This document shows positions 1-12,900 of a stretch of DNA of 64,000 bases, in pieces. The notes beneath the pieces are model-generated. The model saw only the letters and a program-made list of their open reading frames with translations, made no database searches and was not told the origin of the DNA. Position 1 is the stretch's first letter, and every line of letters starts with the position of its first letter. The stretch spans positions 372,001 through 436,000 of the forward strand of contig NIVC01000215.1 in the NCBI GenBank assembly GCA_002269645.1, read 5' to 3'. The translations under genes and the position numbers were made by a program. This DNA is from Macrostomum lignano (lineage: Eukaryota).

Positions 1-1580
1 TAGGCCGACCTCAGGTCTACTTTGGCGAACTTCTTGGCGTTTTTTAGTTTGGAAAATAGGTGCTCCACGCTAGGGATGGGATAGTCCTCTGATTTGATCT
101 TTGCGTTGACGTGAACGCTGTAGTCAGCGCACATCCTTAGGGTTCCATCTTTCTTTTTGACCCAGACGACAGGAGAAGCATTGCTCACCGGGCCGTCAAC
201 TGGTTCTATCACGCCCAGCTGCTGCAGCCTGTCCAATTCAGCGTTGATGGAGGATTCCAGGGCGACAGGCACGGGACGCGCACGGCAAAACCTCGGAGTG
301 GCACCAGCGATGGTCTCCATTTTGGCCTTGATGCCTTTAATCACGGGTAGGGCATCCACGCTGTTACCGATGCTAGTGGAGCATGTGCTGTGGACTTGCG
401 CTGAGTCCAATAAGTCACGGCCTAACAGACCGAATGTCTTAGAGGCCTGTACAACGATCAGTTCAGCAGGGTGAAACTTGCCGCGAAGCTCAATGGCGGT
501 TGATAACTTGCCGAGGACTTTAAGCGTGTGGCCATCGTAGGCTTGAAGACGGCGATGACACTTCTGGAGGGCCGGGCGGCGGAGTGACTCCCAGAGAGTG
601 CTTGAAATGACGCTCACCGCAGCACCGGTGTCTACTTGCATTGGGATTTGAGCACCATTGATGCCTATGTTTTCCAGTGTCGAGTCGATAGCGTGAATCG
701 TGTCCGCGTCCCCAAGGTGAAGAAGGGACGTGGTATCTGGTTGCGGCGTGTCTGCGTTTGAGAGCTCCTCGACGTTGTGGAGCTGGCGTGGTCGGGAGGA
801 TCGACATACTGATGCAAAGTGGTTTGGTTTTGAGCATTTGCTGCAGGTTTTTCCAAACGCTGGACACTTTCCAGCAACATGGACTTGACCGCAGTAGCCA
901 CAATGTCCAGTGCGTGGTCCAATCTTGCGCGGAGTGGTAAAGTTGTTCTTTGTAGCCAAAGAGCCATGGTGAATCTCCGGAACAGTTTCCTTTGGTGGGG
1001 AGGTCGTGAACGGCGTGGAGGCTTGTTTGGACACGAACTCTTTCACTTGCTTGATCTGGGCAACAAAATCTACGATTTCCTCGACCGACAGCTCCTTGAT
1101 CTGCATAGCTTCTAGAACTTTTTGCTGTGTTGTGGGACAGTGCATGCCAGCGACTAACGCCAGTTGAATCATGACCTCTTCTGGGCTTTCTGCCTCTTTC
1201 AGCGAGTCGAATTTGCAATGTTGGGCGGCCTTTCTTAGGCGCGAGAGGTAATCCGGAAGAGACTCGTCGTGCTGTTGCCGGATGGTGTAGAAGCGAGTTC
1301 GCTCGGCAATGGTGATGCGCGTCTTTGGTTGAAGGTAACTTTGAATGGCGGCCTCGATTGCAGAAAACTCCAATTCGTCGATCTTCTTTGGGGCCACCAG
1401 AGATGTTAGCTTTTCAAGTGCTGGCAATCCGCATAGTGCTAGAAAGTTATCCGCAATTTCTCTGTTGGTGCCTTCATCTTTCCATTTCTTGGCTCGAGCG
1501 AGCGCACGGAATGCTGTTAGCCATGTCAGGGCGCGCTCAGGTTCTGAGAGTTCGATGCGTCCAAGTGCTTGCGACGCCAT
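1..1580 (-). mobile_element. Ty3/gypsy LTR retrotransposon, single gag-pol ORF (gag, two CCHC knuckles, aspartic protease, start of RT), truncated by the window edge
   Basis: Manual minus-strand translation from ATG 1580 (MASQALGRIELSEPERALTWL...) stays open to base 1. It contains CGYCGQVHVAGKC and CSKCSKPNHFASVC knuckles, protease motif VDTGAAVSVI, and RT motifs SPVVWVKKKDGTLRMCADY and KFAKVDLRSAY. It is absent from the ORF track because no stop falls inside the window. Confidence 0.93.
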
Positions 1581-1604
1581 TGTGATGCTCTGCTGGCAAC
1601 TCTA

Positions 1605-1812
1605 GTGCTTGATGAATAACGAAGCTCGTATCTTGCTTTGCTTGTTTATTTGGCTTTAGGACCACATTAATGCTAGCGGGGCTTGTAACAAGATTATGAA
1701 ACTAGGACACTTATATATTAGGAAGGGATGAGGGAGGTGGCATTTGGGCGCAGCGGCCATAGACTATTGCACGAGCGTATGTCAGTTCCTGTCCTGAAGA
1801 AATATTTAACCT
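1605..1812 (-). repeat. Probable 5' LTR of the gypsy element (boundaries approximate)
   Basis: Lies directly upstream of gag. The minus strand carries a TATA-like AATATATAAG and an AATAAA. Canonical TG...CA ends and a TGG primer-binding site are not clear, and the partner LTR is outside the window. Confidence 0.35.
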
Positions 1813-1865
1813 GACCCAACTTCTAGCTAGCAAAACATGCACTCAAGTTTAAGTACTATCCGCTC

Positions 1866-2345
1866 TCCCAGATCCTCAGTTGCTGGGCCAGCCTCCCAGA
1901 TCCTCAGTTGCTGTGGGCCAGTCTCCCAGATCCTCAGTTGCGGGGCCAGCTTCCCAGATCCTCAGTTGCTGGGCCAGTCTCCCAGATCCTCAGTTGCGGG
2001 GCCAGCTTCCCAGATCCTCAGTTGCTGGGCCAGTCTCCCAGATCCTCAGTTGCGGGGCCAGCTTCCCAGATCCTCAGTTGCTGGGCCAGTCTCCGAGATC
2101 CTCAGTTGTTGGGCCAGCTTCCCAGATCCTCAGTTGCTGGGCCAGCATCCCAGGTCAGTTGCGGGGCCAGCCTCCCAGATCCTCAGTTGCTGGGCCAGCC
2201 TCCCAGATCCTCAGTTGCTGGGCCAGCCTCCCAGATCCTCAGTTGCTGTGCCAGCCTCCCAGATCCTCAGTTGCTGGGCCAGCCTCCCAGATCCTCAGTT
2301 GCTGGGCCAGCCTCCCAGATCCTCAGTTGCTGGGCCAGCCTCCCT
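1866..2345 (+). repeat. 28-bp minisatellite (CAGATCCTCAGTTGCTGGGCCAGCCTCC)n, array 1 of 3
   Basis: About 17 tandem copies read directly; the same unit recurs at 14790-15112 (+) and 15556-15918 (-). Confidence 0.95.
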
Positions 2346-3805
2346 TAGGTACCCAGCTGAAGCTATCCATTAAAAATAACTTGAATGCTCATTTTACTTT
2401 TTTAAGGCTAGTTAACCCAGATTCGCACAAAAACTCTACCTGTCACGCTATAGTATCGAGTATGAATCAATTTAAAATATGAAACTCTTCGTTGGAAAAA
2501 CACCACTAGCTGTTTTCTCAGTCTTTAGCTATGGGTATACAAATGTAGCAATTTACTTTGATGAATATTTCTGTATTTGTATCTGTATTCTCGTGCGCGA
2601 GTTTAGTTAAAGGCGTCCCTTCATCACTCTCTAATTGTTGCGACTTCTTAATAAATCTTTTTGTATCTATGAAAAGCAGATTGCACGACTCTACCCATTT
2701 AGACTACTGTTCAGTACACCATCACTATCAGTAGTGTTAGTTGCGCAGTTTCATCTAATTTAATTTAAAAAACAATAAAAATAATTTAGCTAGTAAACTT
2801 CATGCTTATAATACCAAATATACGTTTAAGAGTCTTCTTTCTGATTAAATGACAATCAATTAAAAAACTACAAAGCAGTTTTGCCCCTGTATACTTGAGT
2901 TTTGCATTGTTTTATCTGCAATATCTGCAATCCCAATTAATGCATTCAGTACCTAGCATTCAGTATTATAGAAAACTATTCTATACAGAACTTTAGAACC
3001 TCAACTTAACGCTTAAAAAGTTCAACTCAACTCCATATCGTGGCTGCATAGGACTCAAGGAATTAATTAATAATTTAAGAAGCCTATCCCGACGCGCATC
3101 AGACGGGAAAGTCAACACTGAAGTCAATGCAGTACCGCCTTAACACGTGTTTGCTGGAACTGCCAACAACTGAGAGCATACAAGAAATTCAATTAAACAA
3201 GCTGCGCTACCGTGTCGATGCGACTCAGTTCTGAGTCTACTCACTCTCACCTGCACTTCAAGTCAATTTTGCTTCCGGTTACCTCCCTCCTCAAGAGCTC
3301 ACCTCACCGCACGGCTCCTTCCCTTCTAGCTGTATGCCCTGCACTATATCGCCTAGCTGCTTTGGGGTTCGTCGCCCTTAGCAACAGAAACTGATTGAAG
3401 GGATGAGACTTGCAGAGAGAGAGAGAGAGAGAGAGGTTGAACAGGGAAAGGGATTTGAAGAGAAGAAACAGGAGAGAGAGAGGGGGGAGCAACGGAGGCG
3501 CGAGAGAGATGTACACTAAAGGTAGGCATGTGTCTGTCTGCTCAGCTAACCGTGTGCACTCCCATCATTCCCTCTATCCTAGCTATGCTCAGCTTCTGCC
3601 CCCAGCTCACCCGCCACCACCCAATAATCTGACACACACAAAAGAGAAACGCCCCGTGCTCTTCCCCTCCGCCAACAAAAAGTTGCAGTTGTCGCAGGCA
3701 AGGGAACGACACACGGAATCGCGGATCTACCAGGCAGTGCTCAGCTCAAAACTCCTCTTACTACTTTTTCCCAGTCTAAGCTGAGCTGTCGCAACAAAAT
3801 AATCG

Positions 3806-3825
3806 CAGCTTATATATATATAGCT
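3806..3825 (+). promoter_or_regulatory. TATA-like (TA)n element about 110 bp upstream of the intermediate filament start codon
   Basis: CTTATATATATATAGC upstream of ATG 3930; position only, no TSS data. Confidence 0.3.
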
Positions 3826-3929
3826 ATACAGAATCGGCCGCATCCAAAAACTCATTTCACCCAGTGGGGGATTAATCAGGCTACAGTCTAACTAAACTAA
3901 ACTACAAGCTGAAACAGTACTGAGCAACA

Positions 3930-6900
3930 ATGGAAGCTGAAAGCGAGTACAAGACCAGGCACACCTACACGAAGAGCAATCGAGTTGTTGAGCACTCTGG
4001 CATCAGTCAGGTGGCCTCAAACTACAGCGCCGTCGCTGAGCCGAGAAACCCCAGCCTCAGCCGCAGTCAGCCCAGCCTGCACGTGGCCGGCGGTGGCCGC
4101 TCATCGACCTCGATGTCGGTGACGCGAAGTCGACGCGGCTCCCTGGAGGCCGAAATTCCCGAAAACATTCGACAGGTTGTGGAGAATCGCAGCCGAAGTA
4201 AAAAAGAGATGCAAGGGCTGAATGAGAGGCTGGCTGGGTTCATTGAGAAGGTATGAATTTTTTGCCTGTGTAACGGTATGATTTCTAAATATATATTTTT
4301 TTCAGTAGCTAAAAATCAATGTAAGCTTCATCCGACATTGGCGACGCTTTGTCGTGCGATTCACAGCCCTGAGAGCCATGCAACCCCCAAGGCACAGGTA
4401 ATGCGTTTGTATCTTATGTGCTCATACAAAGAATGGTCAAAATTGCCTCACCGCTTGCTGGTTGTGTTGGACGATGTAGCCAGGTGCCCTCCTAAACCCG
4501 GCACATTTCAAGCCGACAGCGTCAAATGTTAGAAAGGCCTCACGCTGCTCAAAAACTCTCGCCAACGCCCCCGCAGACGCGCTACCTCCAAGCGCAGAAC
4601 AAAAAGCAGCGCGAAGAGCTCGACTATCTGAAGTCGCGCTGGGGCAAGGAGACCGAGAAGATCCGGCAGGCCTACGAGACTGAGCTGGCTCAAATGCGCC
4701 GGCTTCTTGATGAGGCCGAGAGGCTGAAGGGAGAGAAGGAGGCCAAGCTGGTCTCCGTGGACACACAGCTGCGAGATCTGCGCGATCTGTGAGAGCCTTA
4801 TTGGCTATTGGCTAAGCATAACTTTCATGAATCGTACAAATAACTCGTCAAACTTATGCAAAGAAAAATGCACATTGAAAGCGCATCAGATAGCGACGGC
4901 TCATATTTCTTCATGCGAACGTAAAATGATTAGCTTAGAAAAGTAGATCCTGAAAGTCATATCTGCGTTCCAAGAATAGATCATGTCGTCATTTGTGTTC
5001 CAAAAATAGATCGTGACGTCAGTATTTTAAGGTTATAAATATAGATCATGACGTCATTGTTGTAAGATCCTGAAAATAGATCAAACTGAGCCTTGTACAC
5101 CTTATTCAGAAACAAGAAACAGCTTTATGAACTACATAGAAACCAAAATCCCCCCCAGGTACAACAACTTGAACAGCCAGTTCGAGCACTGCGGCGAGAA
5201 AATGGACCGGATGCATCACGAATTGGCCGACCGGGACGGTGAAATCTCGCTGCTTCGCCGCCGTCTGGGTCAGCTCGAAGACGAGAAGTCGCGTGTGAAG
5301 CAGGTGATGACGAAGATGAAGGACGATATGGCCAGGATGCACACGGATTTGGAGTCCGAGACTGCCGGTCGAATTGCCGCCCAGACTGAGAATCAGACGC
5401 TGCGCGAGGAGCTGCTGTTCTTGAAGCAGGTGCACGAGCAGGTGAGTGTCCTAGCTTTATTCATTTAGCCCCTGAATTTTTCAGAGTCATTCAGTCCCTG
5501 AAGTTTTGAGATTCATCCCTGAAGTTTTGAGAGTAATTCAGCCCCTGACGTTTCGACATTCTTTCAGCCCCTGAAAGTTTGAGATTCATTCAGCCCCTGA
5601 AGTTTTGAGAGTCATTCAGCCCCTGAAGTTTTGAGATTCATTCAGCCCCTGAAGTTTTGACAGTAATTCAGCCCCTGAAGTTTTGAGATTCATTCAGCCC
5701 CTGAAGTTTTGAGATTCATCCCTGAAGTTTTGAGAGTAATTCAGCCCCTGAAGTTTCGACATTCATTCAGCACCTGAAGTTTTGACAGTAATTCAGCCCC
5801 TGAAGTTTTGATATTCATTAAGCCCCTAAAGTTTTGAGAGTAATTCAGCCCCTGAAGTTTCGAGATTCATTCAGCCCCTGAAGTTTCGAGATTCATTCAG
5901 CCCCTGAAGTTTCGACATTCATTCAGCACCTGAAGTTTCACTGCCCTCAGCCTCAAGTTACAGTTTGCATACCTTAAAAATCCTTCAGGAAATCATGGAG
6001 CTCAAGGCGCTAATCAAGGTGAACGCGGACGACAGTCGAGAGTTCTGGAAGTCCGAACTCAGCCAAGCCATTCACGAGATTCAGAAGGAATACGACGACA
6101 AGATTGATTCTGTGCGAGTTGAGCTGGAGGCGATCTACATGACTAAGGTTTGTGCAGACTATTCTGGAATTTTCAAGCATTTATCAATAGTTTTATACTT
6201 TCTAATATATTGAGGTTGTAGCCAAGCCCAGTGGTCAGAGCGTCGTACTTACGACTTGAAGGTCGAGGGTTCGATTCCCAATCCCACTGGAACAATTTGT
6301 GTCCTTGAGCAAGACACTTACCTCTGCATTGCTTCAGTTCACCCAGCTGTAAAATGGGTGCCAGCATTAGCTGGGGGTAATTGAGGGTGCGTGTGGTGAT
6401 CCCCCCCCCCCCCCCAGTCCTTGGACTGAACAGCCGTATGCAGCCTTCAGATGCGAAGGGGTGAGATTAGACAAAACGTGACACAATACAGCGAAGAGAC
6501 GAAGAGATAAAATTAGATGAAGACTAGCAATCTTCGCCCCCCGATGGGGGACATCTAGATAGAATCTCTGTTCTCTACCAGTATCAATAAGATGGCCAAA
6601 CAAAGTCTTCACATAGTCAATAGAAAAACTGCTCAGATGAAGTGCAATGCAAAAAGAAAACATCCTAAGACAGCAAGCATCCCCCCAGTTAGCAAGCACC
6701 CCCAGATAGCAAGCACCCCCCAGATAGCAGGCATCCCCAGTTAGCAAGCACCCCCAGATAGCAAGCACCCCCAGATAGCAGGCATCCCCAGTTAGCAAGC
6801 ACCCCCAGATAGCAAGCATCCCCCAGATAGCAAGCACCCCAGATAGCAAGCACCCCCAGATAGCAAGCACCCCCAGATAGCAAGCATCCCCCAGATAGCA

Positions 6901-9900
6901 AGCACCCCAGATAGCAAGCACCCCAGATAGCAAGCACCCCAGATAGCAAGCACCCCCAGATAGCAAGCACCCCAGATAGCAAGCACCCCCAGATAGCAAG
7001 CACCCCCAGATAGCAAGCAACCAATTGATAGCAAGTATTGATCTTTAAATAGCAAGCATCCACCGGATTGTAGCAAGTGCAACAATTTCCTTAGCTTTAT
7101 AATGGCTCCTTTGTGATTGGCATGACGCTTCTTTTTACGTTTAAAACTGCGTCTCCTATGTTCGACATGGCGGCTTTTTATTGTTAGACATGGTGGCTCT
7201 TCTATGTTTGACATGGTGGCTCTTCTATTTTTGACATGGTGGCTCTTTAATGTTCGACATGGTGGATCTTTAATGTTCGACATGGTGGCTCTTTAATGTT
7301 CGACATGGTGGCCCTTTATTGTTTGACATGGTGGCTCTTCTATGTTTGACATGGTGGCTCTTCTATTTTTGACATGGTGGCTCTTCTATTTTTGACATGG
7401 TGGCTCTTTAATGTTCGACATGGTGGATCTTTAATGTTTGACATGGTGGCTCTTTAATGTTCGACATAGTGGCTCTTTAATGTTCTACATGGTGGCCCTT
7501 TATTGTTCGACATGGTGGCTCTTCTATGTTTGACATGGTGGCTCTTCTATTTTTGACATGGTGGCTCTTTAATGTTCGACATGGTGGCTCTTTAATGTTT
7601 GACAATGTGGCTCTTTAATGTTTTACATGGTGGCTCTTTAATGTTCGACATGGTGGCTCTTTAATGTTCGACATGGTGGCTCTTAAATGTTCTACATGGT
7701 GGCTCTTTAATGTTTGACATAAAGTCACATATATGTTTGACATGGTGGCTCTTTAATGTTCGACATGGTGGCTCTTTAATATTCTACATGGTGGCTCTTT
7801 AATTTTCGAAATGGTGGCTCTTTAATGTTCGACATGGTGGCTCTTTTTAATATCTGACATGGTGGCTCTTTAATGTTTGACATGGTGGCTCTTTAATGTT
7901 TGACACAGTGGCTCTTTAATGTTCGACAATGTGGCTATTTAATGTTTGACAAGGTGGCTTTTAAATGTTTGACATGGTGGCTCCTTAATGATCGAAATGG
8001 TGGCTCTTTAATGTTTGACATAAAGACACATAAATAATTGACATGGTGGCTCTTTAATGATTGACATGGTGGCTCTTTAATGTTTGGCATGGTGGCTCTT
8101 TTATATTTGGCATGGTGGCTCTTTTATGTTCGACATTGTGGCTCTTTTATGTTCAAAATGGTGGCTCTTTTATGTTTGACATGGTGGCTCTTTTATGTTC
8201 GACATGGTGGCTCTTTAATGTTCATTCTACAGACATTCCCTCTTAAAAACAAAACATCCCAAGACAGCAAGCATCCTCAGACAACATTCAAGCATTGATC
8301 CCCAAATAGCAAGCATCCCCCAGACTGCAAGCATCCCCCAGATAGCAAGCATCCCCAGATAGCAAGCATCCCCCAGACTGCAAGCATCCCCCCGATAGCA
8401 AGCATTCCCCCAGACCCCAGATAGCAAGCATCCCCCAGATAGCAAGCATCCCGCAGATAGCAAGCATCCCCCAGATAGCAAGCATTCCTCAGATAGCAAG
8501 CATCCCCAGATCGCAAGCATCCCCAGATAGCAAGCATTCCCCAGACCCCAGATAGCAAGCGTCCCCCAGATGGCAAGCATCCCCAGATAGCAAGCATCCG
8601 CCAGACTGCAAGCATCCCCCCGATAGCAAGCATTCCCCAGACCCCAGATAGCAAGCATCCCCCAGATAGCAAGCATCCCGCAGATAGCAAGCATCCCCCA
8701 GATAGCAAGCATTCCTCAGATAGCAAGCATCCCCCAGATCGCAAGCATTTCCAGATAGCAAGCATTCCCCCAGACCCCAGATAGCAAGCGTCCCCCAGAT
8801 AGCAAGCATCCCGCAGATAGCAAGCATCCCCCAGATAGCAAGCATCCCGCAGATAGCAAGCATCCCCTAGATAGCAAGCATCCCCCCCCAGATAGCAAGC
8901 ATCCCCCAGACAGCAAGCAACCCCTGATAGCAAGCATAACCTGGATACAAAGATACCTTATAGATATCTAGCAACCCCCTCTCAGATAGCAAGTACTCTC
9001 CACCCCCAAGAGCAAGCATCCCCCTGATAGCAAGTATCCATCCTTAAATAGCAAGCATCCACCAGAGAACAAGTAGCTAGTGCAACAATTTCCTTAGCTT
9101 TATAATGGTTTCATTTTGTTTGGCATGACACTTCTTTTATGTTTGAAATGGTGTCTCTTTTTTGTTTAAAAAAGTGGCTTTTTAATGTTTGACATGGTAG
9201 CTCTTTTGTGTTTGACATGATAGCTCTTTAATGTTGGACGTGGTGGCCCTTTTGTGTTTGACATGGTAGCTCTTTAATGTTTGACATGGTGGCTCTTCTA
9301 TGTTTGCCATGGCGGCCCTTTTACGTTTGAAATGGTGTCTCTGTTATGTTTGACATGGTGGCTTAGTTGTTTGACATGGTGGCTCTTCTATGTTTGACAT
9401 GGTGGCTCTTCTATGTTTGACATGGCGGCCCTTTTACATTTGAAATTGTGTCTTTTTATATTGGGCACAAGCTGTTGAAACCCGCGGATTTTGAACCCGG
9501 GGAATTTCAATCCCTGGAACTATTTTGCATGTACTCATATTCTAAAATCTGAGGTCAAACTCAAACAAAAACTCGTTAATAGTTAGGTAAGAATTAAACA
9601 TAAAATAGAGTACATTCGTAAAAAATTAGGATTTGAGGCAAACATTTATATTGTTGGCTGGGGTGCTCCGAACAGGCAAACTCTGGCCTCTGCCTCTCCT
9701 TATGTCCCTTGGATCCTTAGAAACTTTGACCTTCTCTTCTGTTTCCTCTCCTCTCTCTCGTCTCTGTCTCTTCTCTCTCTCTCCTCTATCCCCTATTCTC
9801 TCGTCTATTCTCTCTCCCTTCTATTCTTTTATCCCTCCTCTCTACTCTCTCCTCTCTCTCCTCTCATCTCTTCTCTTCTTTCCTCTCTCCTCTCTCCTCT

Positions 9901-12900
9901 CTTCTATCGTCTCTTCCCTCACCTCTCTTCTCTCTCGTCTTTGCTCTCTTATCTATCTCTTCTTTCTCTTCTTTTATCTTTTCTCTCTTCTCTTTTCTCA
10001 TTCTTTCTGCATGTTCTCTCCTCTCTCTTTCCCTCTCTCTCTCCTCTCTCTCTCCTCTTATCTCTCTGCTCTCTCCTGTCCCATATCTCTTTCTCCTCTA
10101 ATCTCTCCCCTGTTTCATCTCCTCTCTCGTCCTTTCTACTCTTTCCCCTGTCCTCTCGTTTCTCTCCCCTCCCCTCCTCTCTCCTCACTCACTTCTCTCT
10201 CCCTTTGTCTTACCTCTCATCTCTTATTTCTATCCTTTTTTCTCTCCACTCTCCCATCTCTCGTCTGTTCACTCTCGTCTCTGGTCTCTCATCTCCCCTC
10301 TCTCATCTGCCATCTTTACTCTCTTATACTCGTATGTTTTCTCACCTCTCTCATCTGTACTCTTCTTTTTCCCCTCTTTTGACTCCTCTCTTTCCTTCTC
10401 CTTTTTCCCTTCTCTTCTCTTCCCTCTTCTATTCTCTCCCTCTCTTGTCTTCTCTCTTCTCTCTTCGCTCTCCTCTCTCCTCTCATATATCGCGTTCACT
10501 CTCATCTTTGCTCTCTACCCCCTCTCTCTTCTGTCATCTTTACTCTCCACTCTCCTGTGTACTCTTCTCTTTCCCCTCTACTGAATCCTCTCTTCTTACT
10601 CCTCTTCTCTTCCCTCTTCTATACTCTTCTCTTGTCTCTTTGCACTCTGCTCTCTCTTCCTTCATCTCTCATCTCTACTCTCTCGTCTCCACAATCTCAT
10701 CTCTTTCCTCTCTCCTCTTCTTCCCTTTACTCTATCATCTCTCCTTTCTCCTCTCTTCTTTCTCAACTCTCTCTCTCTCTCATCTCTTATCTCCTCTCTT
10801 CTCACTCCTCTCTCCCTCTCTCTCCCCTCCTATCTCCTCTCTGTTCTCTATTCTCTTCTCACTCTTCTCTACTCTCCTCTCTCATCGATCCTCTGTCTCA
10901 TCTCTCCCCTCTTCTCTCTTCCTCTTCTCACCTCTACTCTTTCCTCTCCCTCCTGTCTCCCCTCCTCTCGCTTCCTCCTCCCATATTCTCTGCTCTCTCC
11001 TCGTCCTCACCCCACTCGTCTTTCCTGTTATCTTATATCTTTTCTCTTACCCCCTCTCACCCTTCCTCTCTTTCTAATAGTCTATTCCTTTTCTTTTTTA
11101 CTCTCATCTGGCCCGCAGCCATGAGCTGGATTCTTTATCTGGCCTTTGAGTTAAAAATCTACCGATCCCTGCTTTGAAAGCCAGTTTGTGGGACGTCGTA
11201 CTATCATGGTTATCATTTCTTATGCTTTAAACACGTCACCTTTCTGGCCAATTAGCAGCCCTGAGAGGAATTTGTGTATCTCCAGCTCCACCACCACAGT
11301 CTGCACTCTGCAGCAGTCTAACAACCAAGGAAATGCGCATTTCTTAGGAGTCATTTAAATTTTAAAGTTACTCTATGCGAAAATTAATGTTAAAAGCTTC
11401 ATGGTGTAACTAATTTAGTAGGATTGCATTGTAATAAGTTATTCATTAATTTTTCGCTATTTTTATAAACCATCCCACATCGCCTTGATTTGCCATCCTT
11501 GTTTAACTGCTGCGACTTGTCTATACAGAGGACAGTAGTTTGAATCTCTCGCTAAACTTTCTCCTCTCCACGCCTCTCCACTCGCGGGGTACAGAGACGG
11601 CTATTAAAAAGTTATTCCAAAACACTGTACATTTGCTATGTACATTCAGTCCTATCGCCTGACCCTTCGTCTGGCTCTGGGGGAATGAGTGAGTGAGTGG
11701 CACAAACAACAAAAAAAGCAGACAAACTTCACATGCTTACAGTTTCTTTTTCGGTTGAGTTACAGAGTTGAAACTTTACATTTAGATAGAGAATGAGTCA
11801 ATGAAGAATTGTGTCAAGTTTGAAGTCAATCGCTTTACGTGGAGCAAACTTATGGCAGCTGAAAGTTAGTCAATTTTGAAACCCTTATACACATCTGGGC
11901 CCAGATCAGGATCGGGAAAGAGAGGCAGGCGGGCGGAGGTTGGGGTGGTTGCTACGCTGAAAAAACAGCCTAACTTTAAAAGTGCACAGCACCGCTCAGG
12001 ATTAACTTTGAGACTCGAAATTTTACACAATTGTGCCAAAATAGTTAAAGATTATCTGTGTCAAATTTGAAGAGAATCGGTAGAAGTGGAGCGGCGCTAT
12101 GGAGGATTAAGTGAAAAAATCGCGCATTTTGAGCAGTTTTTTGTACTTTTAGGTAGGAAGACTCAAATTTAGAAATTAAAAGGTAGCCTAAGACATTCTC
12201 CGTAGTAAGTTTAGGGTGGGTGTAAAGTTTGGTGTAATTTGGTTGAGCGGTTTGGGAGTCCATAGCGAAGTAATTTGTCCACAGACAGACAGAGTTTTGA
12301 TTTTTATAGGTAGAGATAATGGCTCAATAATGTTTTGACATGGTAGCTCTTTTATGTTTGATATGGTGGCTCCCTTATGTGTGACATGGTGTCTTTTTTA
12401 TTTTTAATGTTTGACATGGAGTCATATATGTTTGACATGGAGTCATATATGTTTGACATGGAGTCATATATGTTTGACATGGTGGCTCTTTAATGTTTGA
12501 CATGGAGTCACGTATATGTTTGACATGGTGGCTCTTTAATGTTTGACATTGAGTCACGTATATGTTTCACATGATGGCTCTTTTATGTTTGACATGATGG
12601 CTCTTTTATGTTTGACATGGTAGCTCTTTTATATTTTACATGGTGGCTCTTTTATGTTCGACATGGCTGATCTTGAATGTTTGACATGGTGGCTCTTTAA
12701 TGTTTGACATGGTGGCTCTTTAATGTTTGACATGGTGGCTCTTTTATGTTTGACATGGTGGCTCCTTAATGTTGAACATGGTGGCTCTTTAATGTTCGAC
12801 ATGGTGGCTCTTTTATGTTTGACATGATGGCTCTTTTATGTTTGACATGGTAGATCTTTTATGTTTGACATGGTGGCTCTTAAATGTTTGAAATGTTGTC

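Noticed and set aside
6212-6290. tRNA genes at 6212, 31030-31108, 50990 and a fragment near 13835-13900
   Set aside because: A/B boxes are present, but there is no convincing cloverleaf and three of them continue into SINE bodies.
9633-11177. Long hydrophobic Leu/Ser ORFs that look like membrane proteins
   Set aside because: They are a compositional result of the CT-rich tract inside IF intron 4.
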